Positions 9,517 through 21,206 of a DNA stretch of 44,317 nt are shown here, in pieces. The stretch lies in NCBI GenBank assembly GCA_040878265.1, contig JBBDMP010000004.1, forward strand, positions 1-44,317. The letters run 5' to 3'. The position numbers and the translations under genes were made by a program. The notes under the pieces are model-generated. The model saw nothing but the letters and a program-made list of their open reading frames with translations. It was not told the origin of the DNA and searched no databases. The first letter of the stretch is position 1. Each line of letters begins with the position of its first letter. This stretch comes from Gaiellales bacterium (GTDB taxonomy: Bacteria; Actinomycetota; Thermoleophilia; Gaiellales; Gaiellaceae).

Positions 9517-9532
9517 GGAAAGAAGGGATTTG

Positions 9533-10489
9533 ATGGCAACGAGATCGCTGATGGAGTTCCAGATGCCGAGGATCACGCACGAGGAGGTCACGGAGGAGCG
9601 TGGCGTCTTCACGATCGAGCCCCTCGACCGTGGCTTCGGCTACACCTTCGGGAACTCGCTTCGCCGCGTGCTGCTCTCCTCGCTGGAGGGCGCGGCGGTC
9701 ACCTCGATCAAGATCGAGGGCGTGGCTCACGAGTTCACGACCCTGAAGGGCGTGCGCGAGGACGTCACGGACATCCTCCTCAACCTCAAGAACCTCATCT
9801 GCCGGCTGCACGGCGAGTCGCCCGAGATCGAGGTGCGGCTCGACAAGCGCGGCCCTGGCGGCGTGACGGCAGCCGACATCGAGGCGCCGGCCGACCTCGA
9901 GATCCTCAACCCGGACCTCGAGATCGCCAACCTCTCGGACAAGGGCCGGCTCGAGCTGACGCTGACGATCGGCCGCGGCCGGGGGTACGTGCCGGCGGAG
10001 CTGAACCGCGGGCCCGAGCACACGATCGGCGTTATCCCGATCGACTCGATCTTCTCGCCCGTGCGGCGGGTCGCGTACGAGGTCGAGGCCGCCCGCGTCG
10101 GCCAGCGCACCGACTACGACAAGCTCACGCTCGACGTCACGACGGACGGGTCGCTGTCGCCGCGCGACTCGATCGGCCAGGCGGCGGAGATCCTCATCCG
10201 CCAGCTGGCGATCTTCACCGACCTCGACCGCATCGAGGGCTTCGGCGAGGCTGCCGAGGCTGAGGCCGAAGCGCCGCAGGCCCACGGGATGGAGAACTTC
10301 CCGATCGAGGAGCTCGAGCTCGGCGTCCGGAGCTACAACTGTCTCAAGCGGGTCGGGATCGAGACGATTGGCGACCTCGTGTCGAAGACGGAGAACGAGC
10401 TTGCCGCCATCCCGAACTTCGGCAAGAAGTCGATCGAGGAAGTCAGCGAGACGCTCGCGGCGCACGGGCTGACCCTCCGCGAGGAATAG
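9533..10489 (+). CDS. rpoA: DNA-directed RNA polymerase alpha subunit
   Basis: ATG 9533; the track ORF starts at a TTG 3 nt earlier. FTIEPLDRGFGYTFGNSLRRVLLSSLEGAAVTSIKIEGV plus a C-terminal domain with ELELGVRSYNCLKRVGIETIGDL. Confidence 0.95.
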   Translation: MATRSLMEFQMPRITHEEVTEERGVFTIEPLDRGFGYTFGNSLRRVLLSSLEGAAVTSIKIEGVAHEFTTLKGVREDVTDILLNLKNLICRLHGESPEIEVRLDKRGPGGVTAADIEAPADLEILNPDLEIANLSDKGRLELTLTIGRGRGYVPAELNRGPEHTIGVIPIDSIFSPVRRVAYEVEAARVGQRTDYDKLTLDVTTDGSLSPRDSIGQAAEILIRQLAIFTDLDRIEGFGEAAEAEAEAPQAHGMENFPIEELELGVRSYNCLKRVGIETIGDLVSKTENELAAIPNFGKKSIEEVSETLAAHGLTLREE

Positions 10490-10492
10490 CGC

Positions 10493-10891
10493 GTGCGTCA
10501 CCGCAAGACCGGCAGGAAGCTCGGGCGCGACTCCGCCCACCGCAAGGCGCTCTACGCCAATCTCGCGGTGGCTGTGATCGAGCACGGACGCATCCGGACT
10601 ACGGAGGCCAAGGCGAAGGAGGCGCGGCCGCTCGTCGAGGAGCTCGTCACGCTCGGCAAGCGAGGCGATCTCGCCGCGCACCGCCAGGCTGTGAGCGTCA
10701 TGCGTTCCAAGGGCGCGGCCCACGCGCTCTTCAGCGACGTGGCGCCTCGCTTCGCCGACCGGCCCGGCGGCTACACCCGCATCGTCAAGATCGGCCCGCG
10801 CCAGGGCGATGCGGCCCGGATGGTTTACCTCGAGTTCGTCGACTACGTTCCCGAGCGGGTTCCAGGCCCCATCGCAGCCGCTTCGATGTAG
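10493..10891 (+). CDS. rplQ: 50S ribosomal protein L17
   Basis: [25 protein letters not shown]...[24 protein letters not shown] is canonical L17. Confidence 0.95.
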   Translation: MRHRKTGRKLGRDSAHRKALYANLAVAVIEHGRIRTTEAKAKEARPLVEELVTLGKRGDLAAHRQAVSVMRSKGAAHALFSDVAPRFADRPGGYTRIVKIGPRQGDAARMVYLEFVDYVPERVPGPIAAASM

Positions 10892-10965
10892 CGGCCCCAG
10901 CGCGATCTCCCAGCCCTCGTCGAAACCGGGGCGCTTCTCGGGCAGGAACCTGATCAACGCTTACC

Positions 10966-11671
10966 ATGAGTGTTGTCAAGCTGACGCTCGCATACGACGG
11001 CACGGGCTTCTCGGGGTGGGCCGCCCAGCCGGGTCTCAGGACCGTCGAGAGCGAGCTCCGGGCCGCGCTCGACGGCCTCTACGAGCGTTGGAACGCGCTC
11101 TCTGTCGCGGGCCGCACCGACGCCGGTGTCCACGCACGAGGGCAGGTGGCCAGCTTCTCTGCGGACGGCGGGCCACCGACCGGGCACGCCGCTCTGGCGC
11201 TGAATCAGATCGTCGCCGCCGACCTCTCGGTCGTTGCCGCGGAGGTCGCGCCGGACGGGTTCGACGCACGCTTCTCGGCGCGATCGCGCTCGTATCGCTA
11301 CCGGATCTGGCGCCGGCCGACGCCTTCGCCTTTCGAACACCGGCGCTCGCTCTGGTATCCCCGCCCCCTGGACGAGGAACAGCTGCAAGAGGCGGCCGCC
11401 CTCCTCGTCGGCGAGCGCGATTTCCGCGCCTTCACTCCCACGGAGACGGAGCACGAATCCTTCGTACGCAACGTCTCGGCCGCCGCCTGGGATCGGACCG
11501 AGAATGCGCTCGAGTTCACCGTGACGGCAGACCGTTTCCTGCGCCACATGGTGCGGACACTGGTCGGTACGATGATCGAATTGGAGCCCGCGGCCATCGA
11601 GCGGCTCCTCGAGGGGCGACCGCGTGAGGAGGCCGGCTCCACCGCCCCGCCCTGGGGGCTCTATCTCGAAC

Positions 11672-11685
<14 letters not shown>
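10966..11685 (+). CDS. truA: tRNA pseudouridine(38-40) synthase TruA
   Basis: [16 protein letters not shown]...[15 protein letters not shown] contains the catalytic-Asp motif. Conserved position after rplQ. Confidence 0.9.
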
Positions 11686-15533
<3,848 letters not shown>

Positions 15534-15627
15534 GAGAGGAAGAGCGGTAGGCCGTGCGGCCCGTAAGGATAGGACGCGCGGCCCATGACCCAGCCGAGCG
15601 GGGGGCGGATAATCCGGCGCGGGAACC

Positions 15628-15939
15628 GTGCGCGTGGAGCCTCCTCTCATCGACCGTGTCCGTGCCTTGCTCGACTGGAGCTCGAAGGACCCCCGCGGGC
15701 CGAAGGTCGAGGAGCTGGAGCATACGCTGACGGACGGCTATGCAGCGGCCCTCGCCCTCGAGGGTGAATGTCTGCGCATCGGCAGGCAGATGGACGAGTT
15801 CTGGGGGAGCCGAGCCGAGTCCACCCAGCTTCGTGGCCGGCTGCGCGAAAGAGAGGAAGAGCTCTCGCGACTGCGGGACCTGTTGGCCGTTTTGCGCCGC
15901 CGCACCGAGACGGCACGCGCCCTCGCAGCTGGTAATTAG
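15628..15939 (+). CDS. Hypothetical protein, predicted coiled coil
   Basis: 103-aa ORF with a GTG start, good GC3 and a heptad-like Arg/Glu/Leu-rich C-terminal half. No family recognised. Confidence 0.5.
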   Translation: MRVEPPLIDRVRALLDWSSKDPRGPKVEELEHTLTDGYAAALALEGECLRIGRQMDEFWGSRAESTQLRGRLREREEELSRLRDLLAVLRRRTETARALAAGN

Positions 15940-16628
15940 ACGATCCCGCTCCGGACCGCGTAGACCGCGGCCTGGATGCGGTTGTCGATCTGCAGCTTCA
16001 TGAGGATGTTCGAGATGTGGTTCTTGACCGTCTTCGGGCTGATGAAGAGCTCACTGGCGATCTGCGCGTTGTCCTTCCCGTTGGCGATCAGCTTGAGCAC
16101 TTCGATCTCGCGGTCCGAGAGCTCGGCGCGGATCGTCTCGGCCGCGTCGGCGTGCGAGGTCTGAGAGCGGAGCCGCTGGAGCACCTTGGCTGCGATCTGC
16201 GGGGAGATGAGCGATTCGCCGGCGGCCGCCGCGATGATCCCGGCGACGAGGTCATGGATTGACGAGTCCTTGAGCAGGTAGCCGCACGCGCCCGCGAGAA
16301 CGGCGTTCATCACGTCGTCGTCGTCGGCGGAGATCGTTAGGACGACGACCCGCGCGAGGGGAGCGACGGCGGCGAGCTGCCGCGTCGTGTCCACGCCGGA
16401 GATCCCCGGCATGTTCAGGTCCATGATGACGACGTCCGGCGCCAGCTCGCTTACGAGCCGGAGCGCGTCGCGCCCGTTCGCGGCTTCGCCTATGACCTGG
16501 ACGCCCTGCTCCTCGAGCAGGTTCTGCAGGCCCGTGCGAAAGAGGTCGTGGTCGTCCACGATCACGACCCGAATGTCGCCGAGCTCCTTGCGAGCGTGCC
16601 GCTCCCCGGCCGCGGTCGACCCGCTCAC
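15936..16628 (-). CDS. NarL/LuxR-family response regulator (canonical receiver plus LuxR HTH)
   Basis: Receiver motifs VVIVDDHDLFR, PDVVIMDLNMPG, VVVLT and GYLLKD are present. The C-terminal part LSDREIEVLKLIANGKDNAQIASELFISPKTVKNHISNILMKL is a LuxR HTH. The AGGGAG sequence fits GTG 16628 (6-nt spacer) better than the track start at 16634. Confidence 0.88.
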   Translation of the reverse strand: MSGSTAAGERHARKELGDIRVVIVDDHDLFRTGLQNLLEEQGVQVIGEAANGRDALRLVSELAPDVVIMDLNMPGISGVDTTRQLAAVAPLARVVVLTISADDDDVMNAVLAGACGYLLKDSSIHDLVAGIIAAAAGESLISPQIAAKVLQRLRSQTSHADAAETIRAELSDREIEVLKLIANGKDNAQIASELFISPKTVKNHISNILMKLQIDNRIQAAVYAVRSGIV

Positions 16629-16686
16629 GATCACCTCCCTGGCTGAGCCGGTGGCCGAAAGTGTAGTGCGAAACCGCTACTACTAG

Positions 16687-17724
16687 CTAGTGAAGCGTGA
16701 TCGTCACGGTGCGTCGCCCCCACGTAATGGCCTGCGCGCAGGACGGGAACCAAAGGTCGATCGTGGCGCCGATGACCGCCGATCCGGTGTCGGCCGCGAA
16801 GCCTTCGCCGTAGCCCGGGATCGTCATGCGCGTGCCCAGCGGGATGACGGAGGGATCGACGGCGACGACACCCCAGCCGACCGGAATTCCAGTTGCTGTG
16901 GTACCTCGTAGGCAGTACCCGGTGGACGAGACCGTCAGCACCTGGCCGCCCTGCGCGGGCGCAGCGGGGGGCGCCGCTGGGGGCGGCGAAGCAATCGTCG
17001 TGCCGCTTCCACCGCTCGAGACCGTCTCCGAGGAGGCCGCAGCCGCCTGGGACGTGAGCTCCGTGATTTGGCCGCTGTTTAGGTCGCGGCGCCGGGCGAG
17101 CGCGGTGAGATAGCCGGCCCGCTCGGTCCGGGCGGCAGAGAGCGATGCGCGGGCCGCCCGCGCGTCGGCCAGGTTGCGGCCGAGCTCGGCCCGCCGGGCC
17201 CGAAGGTCGCGCAGAGCCGCTTTCAACGTGCGCCGTGCCCGGAAGAGCTGCGAGACGATCCCGCGGTCTTGGCGCGCCGTTCGGTCGAGGCCCTCGAAGG
17301 TGGAGATGACCGCGTCGAGTGAGGCCGACCCGAGCAGGACGGCGAGTGGATCGGGCTCCCCCGCGATGTAGAGGGCGCGAAGCCGCGCCTCGAGTCGACG
17401 TTCAGCCTCGGCGAGGTCTTTTCGTGCCCGAGTCAGCTGCCGACGCTCGCTCGCCTCCCGCTCGGCCAGCGCTGCGGCACGCCGCTCCAGGGCCACCACC
17501 CCCTGCTCAGCGCGCGCCAGACGGCTCTCGAGCGCGTAGAGCTCGAGAAGCACCCGGTGCGACCTCGACTCGAGTGATGCGTTCTCCGCGCGGAGCGCCT
17601 CGGCGTCCGAGAGCAGGGTTGCGGGGTCGTCCGCCCGCGCCGCTGCGCCGAGCGCGAGCGCGCCCAGCGCGGCCAGGCCGGCGGCCGCAAGGCGAGCCGC
17701 GCGCCACTGCCGACTGGCTCCCAC
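16687..17724 (-). CDS. Secreted coiled-coil protein with a C-terminal 3D domain (MltA/YuiC-like putative peptidoglycan lytic enzyme)
   Basis: N-terminal signal or anchor (AAAGLAALGALALGAAARA), a long Arg/Ala/Glu/Leu coiled coil and a Pro/Ala linker. The C-terminus is GYCLRGTTATGIPVGWGVVAVDPSVIPLGTRMTIPGYGEGFAADTGSAVIGATIDLWF, carrying the three conserved Asp residues. Confidence 0.8.
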   Translation of the reverse strand: MGASRQWRAARLAAAGLAALGALALGAAARADDPATLLSDAEALRAENASLESRSHRVLLELYALESRLARAEQGVVALERRAAALAEREASERRQLTRARKDLAEAERRLEARLRALYIAGEPDPLAVLLGSASLDAVISTFEGLDRTARQDRGIVSQLFRARRTLKAALRDLRARRAELGRNLADARAARASLSAARTERAGYLTALARRRDLNSGQITELTSQAAAASSETVSSGGSGTTIASPPPAAPPAAPAQGGQVLTVSSTGYCLRGTTATGIPVGWGVVAVDPSVIPLGTRMTIPGYGEGFAADTGSAVIGATIDLWFPSCAQAITWGRRTVTITLH

Positions 17725-17847
17725 GAGCCCGGCACCCTAGCAGGGTGCTGAGAAGGTGCGTTTGCGCGCCGTCGAGAAGCCCTGTTAGCATCGCCGCTTC
17801 GTGTTGGCGCCGGGCCCAGCCGTAGCGCCCCAGCGGCACCCTAGGTC

Positions 17848-18945
17848 GTGATTCACCCGACAAAACGAACATCCGTCGTTTTCCTGGCCGCGTTGGCGGT
17901 CGCTCTCGGCCTCACCGGCGGTGCGGGCTCGTCTCCCTCGGTCGGCACCAAGGAGGCGGAGGCCCAGCAGATCATCGGGCAGATCAACGCGCTCGACGCT
18001 GAGCTCGGGGTGGCGATCGAGGCTTATAACGCGGCTCAGGTGCGCCTCGACCAGATCGAGGCCGAGCAACGGGTGAACGAGCGCCGCCTGCGAATTGCGA
18101 AGCGCAATCTCAGGCGCGCCCAGGCCAACCTCTCCGAGCGGCTCGTGGCCCTGTACAGGACCGGCGAGCAGAGCGCCATCGAGGTGATCCTCGGCGCAAC
18201 GACGCTCGACGAGCTGCTCGATCGCGCCGACGCGGTGGAGCGGATTTCCGAGCAGGACGCGCGCATCGTGCGCGAGGTGCGCGCCTTCCGGACGGAAGTG
18301 AAGCGGCGGGAGGTCGAGCTCCGCAAGGCGCGCGCTCAGCAGGCCGACCTCGTCGCCCAGCGTGCCGCCCACCGCGCCCAGATCGAGGCCCAAATGGCGG
18401 AGCGCGAGCGCCTCCTTTCCTCCGTGCGGGACGAGATCGCACGCATCCAGGCTGCGGAACGGCGTCGCCAGGAGCAGCTCGCCCAGGAGGCGGAGAACCG
18501 CCTCGGCTCGTCCGGCGGCGAAAGCAGCGGGGCGGTCTCGAACGGCGCGGGCTTCATCGAGTCGACCTTCGGGGGTGGGAGCCCGCCGCCGGCGCAATAT
18601 GGAGGCGTCGTCGGCATTGCCATGCAATACCTCGGTGTCCCCTATCGTTGGGGTGGGTCCTCGCCGAGCACGGGCTTCGACTGCTCCGGGTTCATCATGT
18701 ACGTGTACGCGAAGGTCGGCGTCTCTCTGCCGCACAACGCGGCGATGCAGTACGGCTACGGAAGCCCCGTTTCCTACGCGGACCTTGCGCCCGGCGACCT
18801 CGTCTTTTTCAACGGGCTCGGGCACAACGGGATCTACATCGGCGGCGGCCAGTTCATCCACTCGCCGCACACGGGCGACGTGGTCAAGATCTCCTCGATG
18901 AGCGGCTGGTACTCGTCGACGTTCGTCGGCGGCCGGCGCCTCTAG
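17848..18945 (+). CDS. Secreted coiled-coil NlpC/P60 peptidoglycan endopeptidase (RipA-like architecture)
   Basis: Signal peptide, a ~200-aa coiled coil, then the NlpC/P60 core YRWGGSSPSTGFDCSGFIMYVY...GHNGIYIGGGQFIHSPHTGDVV with a Cys/His catalytic pair. Confidence 0.88.
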   Translation: MIHPTKRTSVVFLAALAVALGLTGGAGSSPSVGTKEAEAQQIIGQINALDAELGVAIEAYNAAQVRLDQIEAEQRVNERRLRIAKRNLRRAQANLSERLVALYRTGEQSAIEVILGATTLDELLDRADAVERISEQDARIVREVRAFRTEVKRREVELRKARAQQADLVAQRAAHRAQIEAQMAERERLLSSVRDEIARIQAAERRRQEQLAQEAENRLGSSGGESSGAVSNGAGFIESTFGGGSPPPAQYGGVVGIAMQYLGVPYRWGGSSPSTGFDCSGFIMYVYAKVGVSLPHNAAMQYGYGSPVSYADLAPGDLVFFNGLGHNGIYIGGGQFIHSPHTGDVVKISSMSGWYSSTFVGGRRL

Positions 18946-19051
18946 CGCCCGAGCACCCTTCCGCATGCGGACAATCCGTTGAAACTCGGAAAGGGTTGTG
19001 CTCCCGAACGCAGAATTCATGCACCCCTCCGCTACGCTACGAAGGCGGCTC

Positions 19052-19888
19052 ATGCGCACGATCTGGAACGGATCCATCAACTTTGGCCTCGTCAACATCC
19101 CTGTTGGCCTGGCCGTCGCGCAACAGCGCAAGGATGTCGCCTTCCGCACTCTTCACCGGGAGTGCGGAACGCCGATCAAGCAGAAGCGCTACTGCCCCTT
19201 CCATGAGCGGGACGTCGAGGCTGACGAGCTCGTCAAGGGCTGGGAGTTCACGAAGGGCCAGTTCGTCCTCGTCGAGGAGTCCGACCTGGAAGCGGTCGCG
19301 CTCCAGCGCTCGCAGTCGGTCGACATCGTCCGCTTCGTCAAGGTGGAGGAGGTCGACCCGATCTACTTCGACCGTACGTACTACCTCGTCCCGGCCGAGC
19401 CGAACGCGCAGCGGCGGCCCTACGTGCTCCTCCTCCGCGCCATGCAGGAAGCCGGCATGGGGGCGATCGGGAAGTTCGTCCTCTGGGGCAAGGAGAACCT
19501 CTGCCTCATCCGCCCGCTCGGCGACTCACTGGCGCTCGAGACGCTCTACTACGCCGAGGACATTCGTCCCCGCAAGGAGATCGACGAGCTCGTGAGCGAG
19601 ACAGACGTCCAGGACGCCGAGCTCGGGATGGCGCGGCAGCTCGTCGAGAGCCTTGTCGGCGAGTACGACCCGAACGACTACGCGAACGAGTACCGCAACG
19701 AGCTGAAGGCGATGCTCGAAGCGAAGCTCGCCGGCGAGGAGATCACGCGGCCCGAGCCGGTCGCGGTCGCCCAAGTCGTCGACCTCATGGACGCGCTGCG
19801 CCAGAGCGTCGCCCAAGCGTCGAAGGAAAAGACCCCGGCGAAGCGGAAGAAGGCCCCCGCCAAGCGGCGGGCCTCTGCGAAGAGCTAG
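19052..19888 (+). CDS. ku: Non-homologous end-joining protein Ku
   Basis: ATG 19052 (Met19 of the track ORF). MRTIWNGSINFGLVNIPVGLAVAQQRKDVAFRTLH...YYLVPAEPN is canonical bacterial Ku. The Lys-rich C-terminal tail is KEKTPAKRKKAPAKRRASAKS. Confidence 0.9.
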   Translation: MRTIWNGSINFGLVNIPVGLAVAQQRKDVAFRTLHRECGTPIKQKRYCPFHERDVEADELVKGWEFTKGQFVLVEESDLEAVALQRSQSVDIVRFVKVEEVDPIYFDRTYYLVPAEPNAQRRPYVLLLRAMQEAGMGAIGKFVLWGKENLCLIRPLGDSLALETLYYAEDIRPRKEIDELVSETDVQDAELGMARQLVESLVGEYDPNDYANEYRNELKAMLEAKLAGEEITRPEPVAVAQVVDLMDALRQSVAQASKEKTPAKRKKAPAKRRASAKS

Positions 19889-19891
19889 CGG

Positions 19892-20074
19892 CTAAGCCGC
19901 GGCACTTCCGGCCGCGCCCGTGGCCGCAGACGCCTTCAGGTGAGCCTCGAACAGGCTCCTGTCGATCTTCCCCTGGTAGATCGGGATGGCTTCCGCGAGG
20001 CAGAGGCGAATGACCTCCTCGCGCTCGATCCCGAGCTCCTTCGACAGCTCTTCAGGCGTCAGGTGATTCGGCAC
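19892..20074 (-). CDS. Small hypothetical protein (60 aa), possibly helix-turn-helix
   Basis: GTG start with GGAAAGGA 7 nt upstream and high GC3. LTPEELSKELGIEREEVIRLCL resembles an HTH. Its 3' end lies 3 nt from the ku stop (convergent). Confidence 0.55.
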   Translation of the reverse strand: MPNHLTPEELSKELGIEREEVIRLCLAEAIPIYQGKIDRSLFEAHLKASAATGAAGSAAA

Positions 20075-20187
20075 GCGCTCTCCTTTCCCAGGCCGTAAAA
20101 AAGCCCGTCCTCGGCGCTCCGAGGCGGGCTAGTTTCGTCCTTCGTATTTGCGACGGAGCTCAAGCGCTCCGCCCTCCTTCCCGGTCC

Positions 20188-21063
20188 ATGGGCACAGGAT
20201 ACGGTTCGGCCGTGGCTCTGGCAACGCTCCTTCGGGGATTCGAGGTGCGGACCGAAGAGGTCGCGGGCGTGCGGACGCGCTGGTACCTCGCCGGGGAGGG
20301 GGATCCCCTCGTCGTCGTGCACGGGCTCGGCGGGGCGGCGGTCAACTTCACGGAGCTCGGTCCTCTCCTAGCACGCCGGCGGCGGGTGCTCATTCCCGAT
20401 TTGCCGGGCCACGGGGGCACCTCGCCTCTCGGGCGCGTCGACGGCCTCGGCTCCTATGCCGAGCACGTCGCCGCGGTGGCCGCGGCCGAGGGGATGCTTC
20501 CGGCTGACGTGCTGGGCTACTCGATGGGTGGGGTCGTCGCGCTACGGCTCGCCGTCGCCCGCCCCGCCGACGTCCGCGCGCTCGCACTCGTCTCCGCGGC
20601 CGGAATCGTCTCGACGACGAGACGCGCGGAGATCTGGATCGCCGCCGCGGTGGCGCTACGGCCCGCGCGGATCATGGCCCGCTTTCGCGACGTGTTCGCT
20701 CGCCGGCCGCGGCTTCGTTTTCTTCCTTTCGGCGTCTGGGGCGCGGACGACCCGCCCTCGCTCTCGTCCGAGGCTGTCCACGGCTTTCTCGCCGGCCATC
20801 CCCAGCACACTGACGTGGGCAGCGCAGGCCGAGCGCTTCTCCGGGATGACCCTCGCGGCGACCTGGACCGGGTCGGCTGCCCCGTCCTGCTGCTCTGGGG
20901 AGCGCGCGACCGGCTCGTGCCGCTCGAGGACGGCTTCGAGTACGCACGCCGCCTGCGCGCTCCGATTCGTACCGTTGCGGGGGCCGGCCACCTCGTCGTC
21001 GGCGAGCAGCCGGAAGCCTGCGCGGCGATCATCGAGGACTTCCTTGGGAGCGTTCGCGCCTGA
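20188..21063 (+). CDS. Alpha/beta-fold hydrolase
   Basis: HGLGGAAVNF (oxyanion region), nucleophile elbow GYSMGG and a late GAGHLV His motif. 291 aa. Confidence 0.85.
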   Translation: MGTGYGSAVALATLLRGFEVRTEEVAGVRTRWYLAGEGDPLVVVHGLGGAAVNFTELGPLLARRRRVLIPDLPGHGGTSPLGRVDGLGSYAEHVAAVAAAEGMLPADVLGYSMGGVVALRLAVARPADVRALALVSAAGIVSTTRRAEIWIAAAVALRPARIMARFRDVFARRPRLRFLPFGVWGADDPPSLSSEAVHGFLAGHPQHTDVGSAGRALLRDDPRGDLDRVGCPVLLLWGARDRLVPLEDGFEYARRLRAPIRTVAGAGHLVVGEQPEACAAIIEDFLGSVRA

Positions 21064-21079
21064 GCTACCCTATGGCCTT

Positions 21080-21153
21080 CGGGGTGTAGCGCAGCCTGGT
21101 AGCGCGCGCCGTTCGGGTCGGCGAGGTCCCCGGTTCGAATCCGGGCACCCCGA
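21080..21153 (+). tRNA. tRNA-Pro (anticodon CGG)
   Basis: 74-nt cloverleaf folded by hand. Acceptor CGGGGTG/CACCCCG, D-arm GCGC/GCGC, anticodon arm CGCCG-TTCGGGT-CGGCG, T-arm CCCGG-TTCGAAT-CCGGG, discriminator A. CCA is not encoded. Confidence 0.92.
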
Positions 21154-21158
21154 TTTGT

Positions 21159-21185
21159 CATGGGGGAACCCCTGGTTCCCCCATG
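21159..21185. terminator. Perfect 12-bp hairpin between tRNA-Pro and the convergent LVIVD gene (possible bidirectional terminator)
   Basis: CATGGGGGAACC-cct-GGTTCCCCCATG. There is no clear U-tract on either strand, so function is uncertain. Confidence 0.4.
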
Positions 21186-21206
21186 AGCCCCCTCCTCAAG
21201 TCCTTT

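Noticed and set aside
8841-9533. 230-aa alternative-frame ORF over rpsD
   Set aside because: Arg/Pro/Ala-rich and out of frame with a canonical S4 gene.
17725-17847. Possible c-di-AMP (ydaO-type) riboswitch upstream of the cell-wall hydrolase genes
   Set aside because: I could not recognise the conserved ydaO sequence blocks by eye, and the region is short for that element. Only a covariance-model scan could settle this, so I report only the 11-nt repeat.
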